64,000 nucleotides of DNA from Eledone cirrhosa (lineage: Eukaryota): contig OZ024741.1 in the NCBI GenBank assembly GCA_964016885.1, positions 269,948,001 to 270,012,000 of the forward strand, read 5' to 3'. Positions 63,872 through 64,000 of the stretch are shown here, one piece after another. The position numbers were made by a program, and so were the translations under genes. The first letter of the stretch is position 1; every line of letters begins with the position of its first letter. Under the pieces are notes generated by a model. That model saw only the letters and a list, made by a program, of their open reading frames with translations, ran no database searches and had not been told where the DNA came from.

Positions 63872-64000
63872 ATGTATATAATTGTGTGTGTGTGTGTGTG
63901 TTTGCATGTGTGTTTTTATTTTTTTATTGTATTTTTCCTTTCCTTCTTCCTTCTCCAGCCTCACTTTCATATAGATTGCATTTTTGTTTTTAGAATCCAA

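Overview
This is eukaryotic, intergenic or intronic DNA made almost entirely of microsatellites and transposons. The SINE families and repeat landscape suggest an octopus or other cephalopod, which is an inference. I cannot confidently identify any host gene, and most listed ORFs are microsatellite translations. There are two main zones. (1) From about 1 to 29 kb, (TA)n tracts host a swarm of small, mostly non-coding fold-back or terminally repeated elements. At least five sequence families carry minimal type-I hammerhead ribozymes (HHRs) with palindromic helix III, about 14 motifs in 18 kb, including a U3:A8 covariant core. They have the inverted pseudo-LTR plus tail architecture of Penelope-like elements (PLEs) or retrozymes, and one keeps a degenerate PLE C-terminus. 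Two non-autonomous Helitrons and bipartite RTE derivatives are also here. (2) From about 35.6 to 63.4 kb is a pile-up of non-LTR retrotransposons: a CRE-like RLE fragment, a full-length Tx1 element, four head-to-tail R4/Dong elements in or ending in (AAT)n (one with an intact 1130-aa ORF), a full-length degenerate RTE with a twin-primed copy, and a second Tx1 fragment. The dominant tRNA-SINE shares its 3' end and (ATT)n target with the Tx1 element. All coordinates were read by eye and may be off by a few bases.
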